A stretch of 64,000 nt of DNA from an uncultured Lentisphaeraceae bacterium (GCA_964440985.1 CAYTWE010000004.1:3092-67091); one strand, 5' to 3'. Positions 10,405-19,300 are shown, counted from the stretch's first letter. Notes: generated by a model from the letters alone, not told the origin. Program-made: numbers and translations.

Positions 10405-11802
10405 TCACTTCTTGATCACAGGAATCTGGGCTGCGGCCACAGACTGACCGAGACGACGCGCCTTCTCGTCCGGCATGAACACGTCAACCTCCTCCGCAAG
10501 TGCGGGATCGATCGCCTCAAGCCCCATCCGCGCAGTCTCAAGAAGCAGTTCGCCGCCGAATCCAGACGTGACGCGACCGAGGATCATGAGGTTCGAGAAG
10601 TCGTAGAACTCACGATACCAGCAGACAGCATTGGCGAGGTAGCGGCCGATCATCAGATAGACCTTCATCGCCTTTGCGTCATGCTTCTCCATGGCGGCCT
10701 GAACGACCTTGAGGCGTTCGGGGAGTTTCATCGACTTCGGGAACTTGAATCCGTACTTGCAGGCAAGATGGTTCACGGCCTGCTGCGAGAAGTACATCGC
10801 GCCGACGCCGGCGTCGCCGCTCCATTCGTCGCAAGCGGCATTCGGATTGAGATCCACCGGCGCAAACGCAAGCTCGGAGATGCGGCCTGTCAGCGCCCCC
10901 TTCGGGTTGATGTATCCGACAGCCTCGGACGATCCCATCGCCACGCCGAGGATGCCGCTCTTCTTCATCGTGATCGCACCGGCAAGAGCCGTGACGTCGC
11001 CGTCGTTGTAGACCTCGAACGGCACCTTCCATTCGTCCTCTATGCGCGTGAAGAGGTTGCGGGCTTCGTCCTTCTTCTTCGGGTTCTTCTCGAGAATTGC
11101 GCGAAGAAGCGAAGCCGGTCCGAGCCGCTTGCCGACGAGTGTGCCGGCGGTCGAGCCGCCGATGGCGTCAACCTTGCCGCCAAGAGCCTGTGCGGCCTCT
11201 TCAAGTCCGGCGGAAAGCTTCGTGTAGTGGTATTCGGGATCGGGCTGATTGCGCGGATCCCACGGGAACTCCTTGGAGAACACGACCTTGCCGCGCTTGA
11301 GCGCTGAGATTTTGAAGTCGGAGGCGCCGAGGTCGAACCCGATGCGATTGCCGTTTGTGTTGTTCTTGACGATCACTTCGCGCTCGTTGGTCTCAGGCAT
11401 CTTCTTGAGCGGAACGATGGCGACCTCGAACGGCTTGCCGTAGAGATCCTTGAAGAATCCGTAGTCGAACTTGCGCGCACCCTTTGCCGAGTAGTCCTTG
11501 GCGATGGGCTTTACGATCCAGTCCGGACCGGAGAGATAAAGCTTCCAGCCGCCGGCAGCCCAAAGCACGAACTTCACGCAGCGCTCAACAAGATGAACCA
11601 CTCCGGGACGCGCCGACGAGTGTATGTTGGACGGAATCATCAGGTCGTAGCGGAAGGTGTGTCCATCCTCGCGCTCCCAGGCTATGGCCACGGTCATCGG
11701 CTTGGATTCCGAGGCGGAAAGATACCTGAGGTAGTCCAACGCCCTCGTAGGAGCCTGAAATCCGTCATCCATTTCGCAGCCGCACGTGCACTTCTTCGAC
11801 AT
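10405..11802 (-). CDS. ASKHA-superfamily (hexokinase/ROK/BadF-like) putative sugar kinase with a roughly 170-aa N-terminal extension carrying a CxCxC cluster.
   Basis: IGFDLGASDFKISAL (phosphate-1-like) and AIGGSTAGTLVG motifs. The N-terminus reads MSKKCTCGCEMDD. The start is set at 11802 (AAAGGAAAA RBS, ATG); the ORF-track upstream extension is unlikely. Confidence 0.45.
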   Translation of the reverse strand: MSKKCTCGCEMDDGFQAPTRALDYLRYLSASESKPMTVAIAWEREDGHTFRYDLMIPSNIHSSARPGVVHLVERCVKFVLWAAGGWKLYLSGPDWIVKPIAKDYSAKGARKFDYGFFKDLYGKPFEVAIVPLKKMPETNEREVIVKNNTNGNRIGFDLGASDFKISALKRGKVVFSKEFPWDPRNQPDPEYHYTKLSAGLEEAAQALGGKVDAIGGSTAGTLVGKRLGPASLLRAILEKNPKKKDEARNLFTRIEDEWKVPFEVYNDGDVTALAGAITMKKSGILGVAMGSSEAVGYINPKGALTGRISELAFAPVDLNPNAACDEWSGDAGVGAMYFSQQAVNHLACKYGFKFPKSMKLPERLKVVQAAMEKHDAKAMKVYLMIGRYLANAVCWYREFYDFSNLMILGRVTSGFGGELLLETARMGLEAIDPALAEEVDVFMPDEKARRLGQSVAAAQIPVIKK

Positions 11803-11844
11803 GATATTTTCCTTTGTTGTGTTGATGAAAACTGATGTCAGCGT

Positions 11845-11873
11845 ATGATACACGAAACCGCCGCCGATTTCAA
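11845..11873 (-). promoter_or_regulatory. Sigma70-like promoter (TTGAAA-17 nt-TATCAT) for the ASKHA-nahK-dnaB-rsmI operon.
   Basis: Reverse complement of 11868-11873 is TTGAAA; there is a 17-nt spacer; reverse complement of 11845-11850 is TATCAT, preceded by TG. This gives a leader of about 36 nt. Confidence 0.45.
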
Positions 11874-11988
11874 CCTTGCAAAAAGCCTGAGGCTCCCCCA
11901 TTTCTTTTTCTTGGCGGACGAGGTGGCTGTCTGCGTCTTTGTGTTCTCTGTGTTCTTTGTTGTTTCACGAGAGAGAGTGTGTGGAGAG

Positions 11989-12027
11989 TGGGGGGTGGGG
12001 GTGGGCTTGGTCGCAAACCCACCCCCG
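11989..12027 (-). terminator. GC-rich perfect hairpin (9-bp stem, no U-tract) downstream of the lipoprotein gene; possibly a non-canonical terminator.
   Basis: Minus strand reads GGGGGTGGG-tttgcgaccaag-CCCACCCCC. There is no following T-run; it is embedded in a roughly 100-nt GT/CA-rich low-complexity tract. Confidence 0.3.
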
Positions 12028-12058
12028 CAAAAGAAGTCAACTTTTTCGCTTTTCCGCA

Positions 12059-12622
12059 TCAAATCAGACCGGGCAACAGCCAGCGGAACCAAGGACGCCG
12101 CTTCGCCGAAATGCCAACAGGCTTGCCTTTGTCACTTGTTAACGTCTCCCATGGCTTAATGCGAATCACCTGAACATCCTTGGGAAGAACGACCGGCTTA
12201 TCCTGGATCATGTTCACGCTCTTCATGTTCGCCGGGAAGCCGGTGGCTTCGCATTCGACCTCCTTGTAGAAGAAGTAGTCGCTCACCTTGTAGCGGTAAA
12301 GCGTACCCATGAGCGCATCTGCCTTCGCGTTCTCCAGCGCGTCATATGTGGCCGACGCCTTGGCTGCATGGATGCCCCAGTTGACATCAGGCGAAGGCAC
12401 GGGTGCAGACCTGCCATCGGAGGAGGCGAAAATCCAGAACCAGCAGGAGGATGTTCCCGTCCCCTTCACGCGCTCGTTCCTGATTGTGTAGTCGATGTAG
12501 TACGGATTGCAGCTTCCGTCCGACATCGTCGGCGCAAGTTGCGTATCGCGTTCAACATGATAGGATGTGCTGCATCCCGCCATCAGCAAGGCCGCACCGG
12601 CAACCATCATCATCTGTTTCAT
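12059..12622 (-). CDS. Hypothetical lipoprotein.
   Basis: Signal peptide with lipobox (MKQMMMVAGAALLMAGCS) and a GGAG RBS. No recognisable domain. Confidence 0.6.
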   Translation of the reverse strand: MKQMMMVAGAALLMAGCSTSYHVERDTQLAPTMSDGSCNPYYIDYTIRNERVKGTGTSSCWFWIFASSDGRSAPVPSPDVNWGIHAAKASATYDALENAKADALMGTLYRYKVSDYFFYKEVECEATGFPANMKSVNMIQDKPVVLPKDVQVIRIKPWETLTSDKGKPVGISAKRRPWFRWLLPGLI

Positions 12623-12698
12623 GATTTTCAGCTCCTTTGTTTATTGTTCATGTCTCGATTGACATCTCCAGTCAGACACAAGAGACATCACACCGCAA

Positions 12699-13271
12699 AT
12701 GTCAATTAAGATATCATTTTTTTTTTATTGTCAATCCCCCCCCCCCCCCCACACACACACACACACACACACCACCGCCACCACTGTGGATTGGGTCATT
12801 CCCCTGATCTCTGATGGCATCGACAGGACGGCGCTTCCCTTCGCAAACCGCGCCCCGCACGCGGCCGTTCCGCAGTTCGCGCCCAATGCCGCCGTCACTG
12901 TGACACGCAACAAGGGCAAGTCCCGCCACGGAAAGGATGTCGCACCGGTCTCAGTCTCCTTCCCGAACATCGCCGCCGCAGACCAGGCGGACAAGGCCGT
13001 GCGGCCTTTCGACTACGAGGTCACGGTCGAGGCAAAGGAGTGCGACTTCGATAAGACGTGGATGGTCAAGCGCGTCTATTCACCAGGCTTCTACCGTGGC
13101 GCGAAGAAAGACGAGCCGACAGCAACGTGCGTGTTTGCGGCGGAAGAACTGCCACGCGGCAACGGACATGAACCCATCGCGCGCGACCGCACGTTCCGAT
13201 TCGCCGTCCGTCCCGCCAACTGCTTCGGCGCATTGGGCCGCCCCATCCGGTCGGACTGGATGGTCGGATGA
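12699..13271 (+). CDS. Hypothetical ORF whose 5' end spans the T10, C15 and (AC)11 tracts (the only substantial plus-strand ORF here); coding status uncertain.
   Basis: 190-codon ORF with plausible amino-acid composition in its 3' two-thirds. There is no RBS or signal peptide. The repeats encode FFFY, PPPP and HTHTHT, so tract-length changes would shift the frame. Confidence 0.25.
   Translation: MSIKISFFFYCQSPPPPHTHTHTHTTATTVDWVIPLISDGIDRTALPFANRAPHAAVPQFAPNAAVTVTRNKGKSRHGKDVAPVSVSFPNIAAADQADKAVRPFDYEVTVEAKECDFDKTWMVKRVYSPGFYRGAKKDEPTATCVFAAEELPRGNGHEPIARDRTFRFAVRPANCFGALGRPIRSDWMVG
12700..12772 (-). promoter_or_regulatory. Promoter of the lipoprotein gene with an A10 homopolymer inside the -35/-10 spacer, flanked upstream by G15 and (GT)11 tracts; candidate phase-variable promoter.
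   Basis: On the minus strand the order is (GT)11, G15, A, TTGACA (reverse complement of 12729-12734), the 15-nt spacer AT-A10-TGA, then TATCTT (reverse complement of 12708-12713). TGA immediately precedes the -10, so it is an extended -10. The plus strand shows T10 at 12717-12726, C15 at 12736-12750 and (AC)11 at 12751-12772. Confidence 0.5.
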
Positions 13272-13368
13272 ATGTCCGATGGCGGAGTTCCGCTCTTCAT
13301 GCAACCGGAGCAGCCGTAGATGAGGAGCGGCAATTCTCAATTCGCCGTCCAGGATTGACCTGCGCGAA

Positions 13369-14358
13369 TCACAGAACATCCGCCGCCGGACGGCTGCCGT
13401 TGACAGCCTCGGCGGCAAAGTCCACCGCACGGCGGAATGCCGACGGCTGACCTGGTACCGTCACGAAAAGATGGGTGCTGCCGGGAATGAGTTCGTAGCG
13501 CACACGGCATCCGCACGACTTCAGGCGTCTGGCAAAACGAATTCCCTGATCACGCAGGACATCGTGATCGGCGCCGAGAATGTGAACGGGCGGCAGACTG
13601 CGCAGCTGTTCGTCAGAGGCGCACATCGGCGATATGAGCGGATCGGCAAAATAGCGCCCGTTCAGATATGCCGTGTTGCAAGCGTCCATGAATGCGGCGT
13701 CCATGCCAAAGCCGGTCGCGAAATCACGCCATGACCCGGAGCCGTCGGCCCTTGCCTCGGTAACGGGATAGTGCAGAACAAGCGAACGGGACACCAGTCC
13801 ATCCCGCATCAGGGCGAACGCAGCCGTCACAGACAGATTTCCGCCTGACGAATCACCTCCTATCGAGACGCTTCCCGGATCGCATCCAAACCTCTCCGGA
13901 TTGCGGACGACCTCCCGGTATGATGCACACACTGCGTCCAGCGCACATGGGAACGGACGTTCCGGCGCAAGAGGATAGTCGACGGCAAGCACGGCAATTC
14001 CCTTCGCAGCCAGTGCGCCGCAGTACGCAGAACAGCTTGCGATGCTTCCGATCACCCATCCGCCTCCATGCAGATAGATGAGAAGCGGCAATCCGTACGG
14101 AGACCCCGCAGGGCGGTAGAGCCGCATTGTCGGTGAAACCATTTCGGCCACTACGCCATCCGGAAGAGGCGCAAACGCATTCCTCGCCGCCCGCACAGCA
14201 ACAAGTTCATCCACAGCGCCATCCGTCGCCTTGCGGATGGCGGCGATTTGACGCGCCTGCACACGCACATCACGCGCCGACAGAAAGGCATCGGCCTCGC
14301 GGGCATAGATTCCATCAGCGGTTTTCACGACCGCACAGTTGACGAAATTCTTCTTCAT
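13369..14358 (-). CDS. Alpha/beta-hydrolase fold-3 esterase/lipase (hormone-sensitive-lipase family).
   Basis: Oxyanion-hole box LIYLHGGGWVIGS and nucleophile elbow GDSSGGN. Confidence 0.75.
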   Translation of the reverse strand: MKKNFVNCAVVKTADGIYAREADAFLSARDVRVQARQIAAIRKATDGAVDELVAVRAARNAFAPLPDGVVAEMVSPTMRLYRPAGSPYGLPLLIYLHGGGWVIGSIASCSAYCGALAAKGIAVLAVDYPLAPERPFPCALDAVCASYREVVRNPERFGCDPGSVSIGGDSSGGNLSVTAAFALMRDGLVSRSLVLHYPVTEARADGSGSWRDFATGFGMDAAFMDACNTAYLNGRYFADPLISPMCASDEQLRSLPPVHILGADHDVLRDQGIRFARRLKSCGCRVRYELIPGSTHLFVTVPGQPSAFRRAVDFAAEAVNGSRPAADVL

Positions 14359-14423
14359 GTTTGCGGGTTAATCTCCAGTGAAGCAGAACGGTTCTCATGA
14401 AGAGAAAGAAATCACCCGTCCTG

Positions 14424-15947
14424 TCAGGGCTTTTGCCGGAAGACCCGCAGGGTGGTGTGGTTCTGACCGAAATCGTCAATGCGCAGAATGTTTCTGTACC
14501 CTTCTTCAAGAAGGTTCACATACCGCCGCTGCATATCTTTGGGCGTCTCCGTCCCCTTCGGCGACTCAATCGCAAAGCCATACCCGGAAACTGCGGCAAG
14601 GCGGCAAGGCGCGGACTTGAGCAATCCTTCCATCAACTCGCCGTTCACCACATGGATTGCGGAAGCATCTTCTGTTGACAGGTCGGGGAAGTACGAAAAC
14701 GGCCCCATCTCAAGTCCGTGCGGGACCTTGCGTCCCATCTCCACCGCAAGGTAAAGATCCTGTGTAAGCAGCATCTCACCGCCGGGGTCGAGCGTCTCCA
14801 TGGCCTTGGCGACCGAACGGATCTGCGACAGTTCGCTTGCGCACTTCTTCCTGGGCCAGAAGCGATCCTGTCCGTTTGTCATCCAATCCTGCATCAGCGG
14901 CGAAGCGAATGCGCACATCCCAGAGACAAGGACCGGAAACCAGCGGACTGCGTTCGGCATTTCCGATGCGCCGTTGACAAACCATACCGATATGATCACG
15001 GCCAGGATCGGCATGATTGGCACGGCGTAGTCGTCGTACGGGAACGGTGCGCACATCTGGAGCAGGAACACGGCGGCAAAACCGAGACCCGCCATCCACA
15101 TCAAATCTCTGGCGTACTGAACCGCCGTAGTTTCAGTGGCGGTGCGGCGAACTGCACGAAAACCGGCGGCGGCGAACATGACGGCGCCGAGCGAGAGATA
15201 ACCGCGGGCAAGACGGCTGACCGAGCCGACGGCAAAGAAAGCGTCAAAACCTCCGCGTCCGGCATGATACGTCTGCGCGGCAAGCAATCCGTTCAAAGAC
15301 GTTTCATCAAGAGCAAACAGACCGTACACGAGGAAAAGTCCAAGCGTGCCGCCGATTCCGAACCACAGCCAGTCTAAACGGCGGAAGCGAGTGACCAGAA
15401 GCCAAACGCCGACCACGCCAAGCAGGAGCACCAGCGATATGCGTGTACCGCTGGCGAACGCAAACGACATCGCAGCAGGGAAGTTCCATCCACGGGAAAG
15501 CAGCAGGAAGCCGCCCATCACAAAAAGCGCCCCCACTGCATATGTTTTAGGTATGGCGGTGAAGTATGCGTGATACAGGTTGCAGGAGAGAAGCGCAAAC
15601 ACCGTCAGACCTACGGCCCCGCGCCGCTGCGGCGAGACAAGCCCACGTGCGAACGCCATCGCCAGCAGCGTGGCGACAAGTGAGATGCCCGCCGTGACGA
15701 GGCGTCCGGAGAGCAGACCATGTATCGGCATCGCCGAATAGAGGAACGGAAGCACCGGACCCTGCGTGAAGAAGAAGTCCCGGTACGGCAGACGCCCCTC
15801 ACCGACAAGACGCGCAGCGTAGAGATACCATCCCTCATCCTGGTTCAACGCCCCCCACCATACGGCAAGCGCCGCAACGCACACCGCCACAAACACGGCG
15901 AGCAGCGCCGGGGAATGTGCGGCAATGATGTTCCACAACCGTCTCAT
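14424..15947 (-). CDS. Integral-membrane glycosyltransferase, PMT_2/ArnT-like family (GT39/GT83-type).
   Basis: Multi-transmembrane N-terminal region with the WYLYAARLVGEGRLPYRDFFFTQGP motif typical of ArnT/PMT-family transferases, plus a soluble C-terminal domain. Confidence 0.5.
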   Translation of the reverse strand: MRRLWNIIAAHSPALLAVFVAVCVAALAVWWGALNQDEGWYLYAARLVGEGRLPYRDFFFTQGPVLPFLYSAMPIHGLLSGRLVTAGISLVATLLAMAFARGLVSPQRRGAVGLTVFALLSCNLYHAYFTAIPKTYAVGALFVMGGFLLLSRGWNFPAAMSFAFASGTRISLVLLLGVVGVWLLVTRFRRLDWLWFGIGGTLGLFLVYGLFALDETSLNGLLAAQTYHAGRGGFDAFFAVGSVSRLARGYLSLGAVMFAAAGFRAVRRTATETTAVQYARDLMWMAGLGFAAVFLLQMCAPFPYDDYAVPIMPILAVIISVWFVNGASEMPNAVRWFPVLVSGMCAFASPLMQDWMTNGQDRFWPRKKCASELSQIRSVAKAMETLDPGGEMLLTQDLYLAVEMGRKVPHGLEMGPFSYFPDLSTEDASAIHVVNGELMEGLLKSAPCRLAAVSGYGFAIESPKGTETPKDMQRRYVNLLEEGYRNILRIDDFGQNHTTLRVFRQKP

Positions 15948-16822
15948 CTATCTTCCGCAGCCGATGCCGCCCGCTCCATATACCTGAAAAGCTCCTTTGC
16001 GACGCCGTTCTCATCGTTTGACGCCGTGACGACATCCGCCGCCGCAAGCACCTGCGGATGCGCGTTTGACATTGCGACGCCTGTCCCTGCCGCCTCTATC
16101 ATCGAAAGGTCGTTCAATCCGTCGCCGAAAGCCATGCAGTTGTCGAGCGTAAGCCCAAGGGACTCCGCAAAGCGGCGAAGCGAATTCCCCTTGTTTGCCG
16201 TCGATATGTTGAATTCAAGATTGTTCCACGTCGATGCGGTGGTCTTCAGTTCAGGGAACTCCGCCTCAACCTCTGCGCGGATCGCCTCGGCTTCACGCCC
16301 CCCCTCCGGGGTGTTGCGGGTGAAGAGCATGACCTTCTGCACATCCCCCTCCGATGCCGTGGCGGCGAGATGGGACTTCAGATCCTGAACCGGCCTCCTG
16401 AACTCCCGGATCATCTTCAGATAGTGCGCGTCAGTCGCGTATGCGGCGGCCTTGCCCTGCAGCGATTCCGTCATCCATCCCCAGTTCGAGCGGTAGCAGT
16501 CGTATATCACATCATGGCGGTCGAGTAGACGCATCAGGCGCAGCGCAACTTCGAGCGGGATCTCCTCACGGACAATCGCGGCATCCGTCTCGCGGTCATA
16601 GACCTGCGCTCCATTTATTGTTATTGCATAGCGTACAAACGGCAGATCGCGCACGGCCTGCGGCATCATGCCGAAAAAGCGGCCGGTTGTCGGAACGATG
16701 TGCATTCCGTTCGCCGCCGCCTTTTCGAGCGCCATGCGATTGACGTCACTGAGACGCTTCTGCGAATCAAGCAGCGTTCCGTCAAGGTCAAGCGCAACTA
16801 TCTTTATGTCCTTTTCCGTCAT
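15944..16822 (-). CDS. Cof-type HAD-IIB sugar-phosphate phosphatase.
   Basis: IVALDLDGTLL (motif I), TGRFF and FGDGLNDLSMIEAAGTGVAMSNA (motif IV). The start is set at MTEKDIK; an alternative GTG at 16861 overlaps the ymdB stop. Confidence 0.75.
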   Translation of the reverse strand: MTEKDIKIVALDLDGTLLDSQKRLSDVNRMALEKAAANGMHIVPTTGRFFGMMPQAVRDLPFVRYAITINGAQVYDRETDAAIVREEIPLEVALRLMRLLDRHDVIYDCYRSNWGWMTESLQGKAAAYATDAHYLKMIREFRRPVQDLKSHLAATASEGDVQKVMLFTRNTPEGGREAEAIRAEVEAEFPELKTTASTWNNLEFNISTANKGNSLRRFAESLGLTLDNCMAFGDGLNDLSMIEAAGTGVAMSNAHPQVLAAADVVTASNDENGVAKELFRYMERAASAAEDR

Positions 16823-16857
16823 TCGCAAACCCCTGGTCAAACCGGCTAAACCGCCCT

Positions 16858-17652
16858 TCACTGCTGCGCAGACGCAAGCGGTTCACGCACACGCAGCGTC
16901 TCGATCGAAACCGCCCGCTTCGTCCTGGGATCAAATTCGATCACAGCCCCTTCAAGAGTGGCCGGGCCTTCCGCCATCTCGAAGCGTGACGGCATCCCGG
17001 TGAGGAATTTCTTGATGACGGGCTTGATGTCGCGTCCGATCGAAGATACGTACGGGCCGCACATTCCAAGGTCGGTAAGATATGCGGTTCCTTTCGGGAG
17101 CAGTATCGCATCGGACGTCTGCACATGGGTATGGGTGCCGACAACGGCCGTCACTCGTCCATCGAGATGGAATCCGAGTGCAGCCTTCTCGCTTGTCGCC
17201 TCCGCATGGAAATCAACGAACACCGGCACGTCCTTCGGCATCTCGTTCAGGCAGTCATCCGCCGTCCTGAACGGACAGTCCGCAGGGTTCATGAAGGTGC
17301 GTCCGACAAGGTTAAGCAGCGCAAAGCGGCAGGTCGGCGCAGTGACGAGCGTCCAGCCCTTGCCGGGCTGCCCCGGCCCACCATTGGCCGGACGCACAAC
17401 ATTCTGAAGGCGGTCTATCTCCGACGCAAACGTCTTCTGCCCCCAAGTATGGTCACCAAGCGTTATGGCATCCACACCGCTTTCAAACAGCTCATTCGCA
17501 AGCGCGGCGGTCAGCCCATTCCCGGCGGCGGCGTTCTCGGCGTTCGCCACCACGGCGGCAAGGCCAAGCTCCTGCTTAAGCCTCCGAACGTGTTCCTTGA
17601 CCATCCGACGTCCGGGAGACCCGTTGACGTCCCCAAGCATCAGAATCTTCAT
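16858..17652 (-). CDS. ymdB: YmdB-family metallophosphoesterase (2',3'-cyclic-nucleotide 2'-phosphodiesterase-like, TIGR00282).
   Basis: MKILMLGDVNGSPGRRMV...NAENAAAGNGLT...GDHTWGQK...GTHTHVQTSD is characteristic of the YmdB family. Confidence 0.75.
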   Translation of the reverse strand: MKILMLGDVNGSPGRRMVKEHVRRLKQELGLAAVVANAENAAAGNGLTAALANELFESGVDAITLGDHTWGQKTFASEIDRLQNVVRPANGGPGQPGKGWTLVTAPTCRFALLNLVGRTFMNPADCPFRTADDCLNEMPKDVPVFVDFHAEATSEKAALGFHLDGRVTAVVGTHTHVQTSDAILLPKGTAYLTDLGMCGPYVSSIGRDIKPVIKKFLTGMPSRFEMAEGPATLEGAVIEFDPRTKRAVSIETLRVREPLASAQQ

Positions 17653-18248
17653 TTTCCGCCTCCAAGCGCTCGTTTGATCACAGTCTCTGTGTCCGCGACA
17701 TGCGGATCGGCCTCAAGCACGTCAGAGACCATCTTTCTCGCCTTGTCATCCGTGAAGCCAAGAGCCGTCAGCGCAAGCATCGCATCGCGCAGGACAGTCC
17801 GCTGCGCACCGCACGATGCGGCGGAGGAGTTCGCAAGAGCCTCGATCGGGTTGACCTTGTCCTTCAGCTCGACCACGATGCGCTCCGCCGTCTTCATCCC
17901 GATGCCCTTGACGGTTGCAATCCTTTTCGCGTCCCCCTGGGATATGGCGAGCTGCAGATCTCCGACCGTAAATCCGGAAAGGACGGAGAGAGCCGTCTTC
18001 GGCCCAACGCCGGAGACGGCCGTCACCTTGGCGAACATATCCCGCTCCTCGACCGTCGCGAAACCGAAGAGCGCCTCGCCGTCCTCGCGCACCACGTGGC
18101 TGGTGAACAGCTTCACCTTGCCGCCCGTCGCCGGAAGCCGATCAAACGTGGAAAGAGGAATCATCGCCTCATAGCCTACGCCACAGCATTCCACAACGAC
18201 GTTCGCAGGCGACTTCTCCGCCAGTACTCCATTCAGATACGCTATCAT
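17649..18248 (-). CDS. ruvA: Holliday junction branch-migration complex subunit RuvA.
   Basis: MIAYLNGVLAEKSP...GVGYEAMIPLST...VSGVGPKTALSVLSG (HhH domains), 199 aa. Confidence 0.9.
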   Translation of the reverse strand: MIAYLNGVLAEKSPANVVVECCGVGYEAMIPLSTFDRLPATGGKVKLFTSHVVREDGEALFGFATVEERDMFAKVTAVSGVGPKTALSVLSGFTVGDLQLAISQGDAKRIATVKGIGMKTAERIVVELKDKVNPIEALANSSAASCGAQRTVLRDAMLALTALGFTDDKARKMVSDVLEADPHVADTETVIKRALGGGK

Positions 18249-18307
18249 GCCTCAGCCTTCGGCTTCCGCCGCCCTTCTGCGCAAAGCCAACAGTCAACCG
18301 CCGAAAA

Positions 18308-19270
18308 TCACAGGCCGACCGCCATGCGCACCTTGTCCATGGTCACCGCCGCAGCGGCGCGGGCCTTCGCCGCGCCGGCCTTAAGTATGTCCTCGATCGT
18401 GTCAGGATCTTTGGCAAGTTCCTCGCGCTTTTCCCTGAACGGGTCGAACTGGCGGTGGTACGCTTCGAGAAGAGCCTTCTTGGCGTGTCCGTAGCCATAG
18501 TTGCCGGCACGGAAGCTTGCCGCCATCTGTGCGACCTCCTCCGGAGTCGCAAAAAGCTTGTACAGCTCGTAGATGGAGTTCCCTTCAGGCTCTTTCGGCT
18601 CTTCCATGGTCTTGGAATCAGTCACAATGCCCATGACCTTCTTCTTGATTGATCCGTTCGGCTCAAAAAGCTCTATGGCATTGTGGTAGCTCTTGGACAT
18701 CTTCTGTCCATCGGTGCCGGGAATCGTCGCGACCGATGCCGGAATGTATGCGTCCGGCAGCTTGAACGTCTCGCCGTATGCGTTGTTGAACTTTTGCGCA
18801 AGATCACGCGTCACCTCAAGGTGTTGCTTCTGATCCTTGCCGACGGGGACGAGGTCTGCGTTCATGATGAGTATGTCGGCGGCCATCAGCACCGGATATG
18901 CGAACAGGCCGTGCGTCGCCTCGAACCCGTGAGCCATCTTGTCCTTGTAGCTGTGGCACCGCTCAAGCAGCCCCATTGGCGTGAGGCAGGAAAGGAACCA
19001 CGCAAGCTCCTGCACCTCCATCACATCGCTCTGGCGATAGACTATCGACTTTTCCGGATCAAGACCGCAAGCGAGGTAGTCGAGCACGACGTCACGCGTC
19101 TGTGCGCGAAGCGCGGCGCCGTCCCGGACGGTTGTCATCGCATGGTAGTTCGCAATGAACATGAATATCTCTTCGCCCTTCGCCTGAAGGTCGAACATTG
19201 ACTTCATCGCCCCGAAATAGTTTCCCCAGTGGAGTTTGCCGGATGGCTGTATGCCTGTTAGGATTCTCAT
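18308..19270 (-). CDS. trpS: Tryptophan--tRNA ligase.
   Basis: TGIQPSGKLHWGNYFG (HIGH-region equivalent), KMSKS motif, 320 aa. Confidence 0.92.
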   Translation of the reverse strand: MRILTGIQPSGKLHWGNYFGAMKSMFDLQAKGEEIFMFIANYHAMTTVRDGAALRAQTRDVVLDYLACGLDPEKSIVYRQSDVMEVQELAWFLSCLTPMGLLERCHSYKDKMAHGFEATHGLFAYPVLMAADILIMNADLVPVGKDQKQHLEVTRDLAQKFNNAYGETFKLPDAYIPASVATIPGTDGQKMSKSYHNAIELFEPNGSIKKKVMGIVTDSKTMEEPKEPEGNSIYELYKLFATPEEVAQMAASFRAGNYGYGHAKKALLEAYHRQFDPFREKREELAKDPDTIEDILKAGAAKARAAAAVTMDKVRMAVGL

Positions 19271-19300
19271 GTCTTTTTCTGCCTTTCAAATGAGTGTGCG

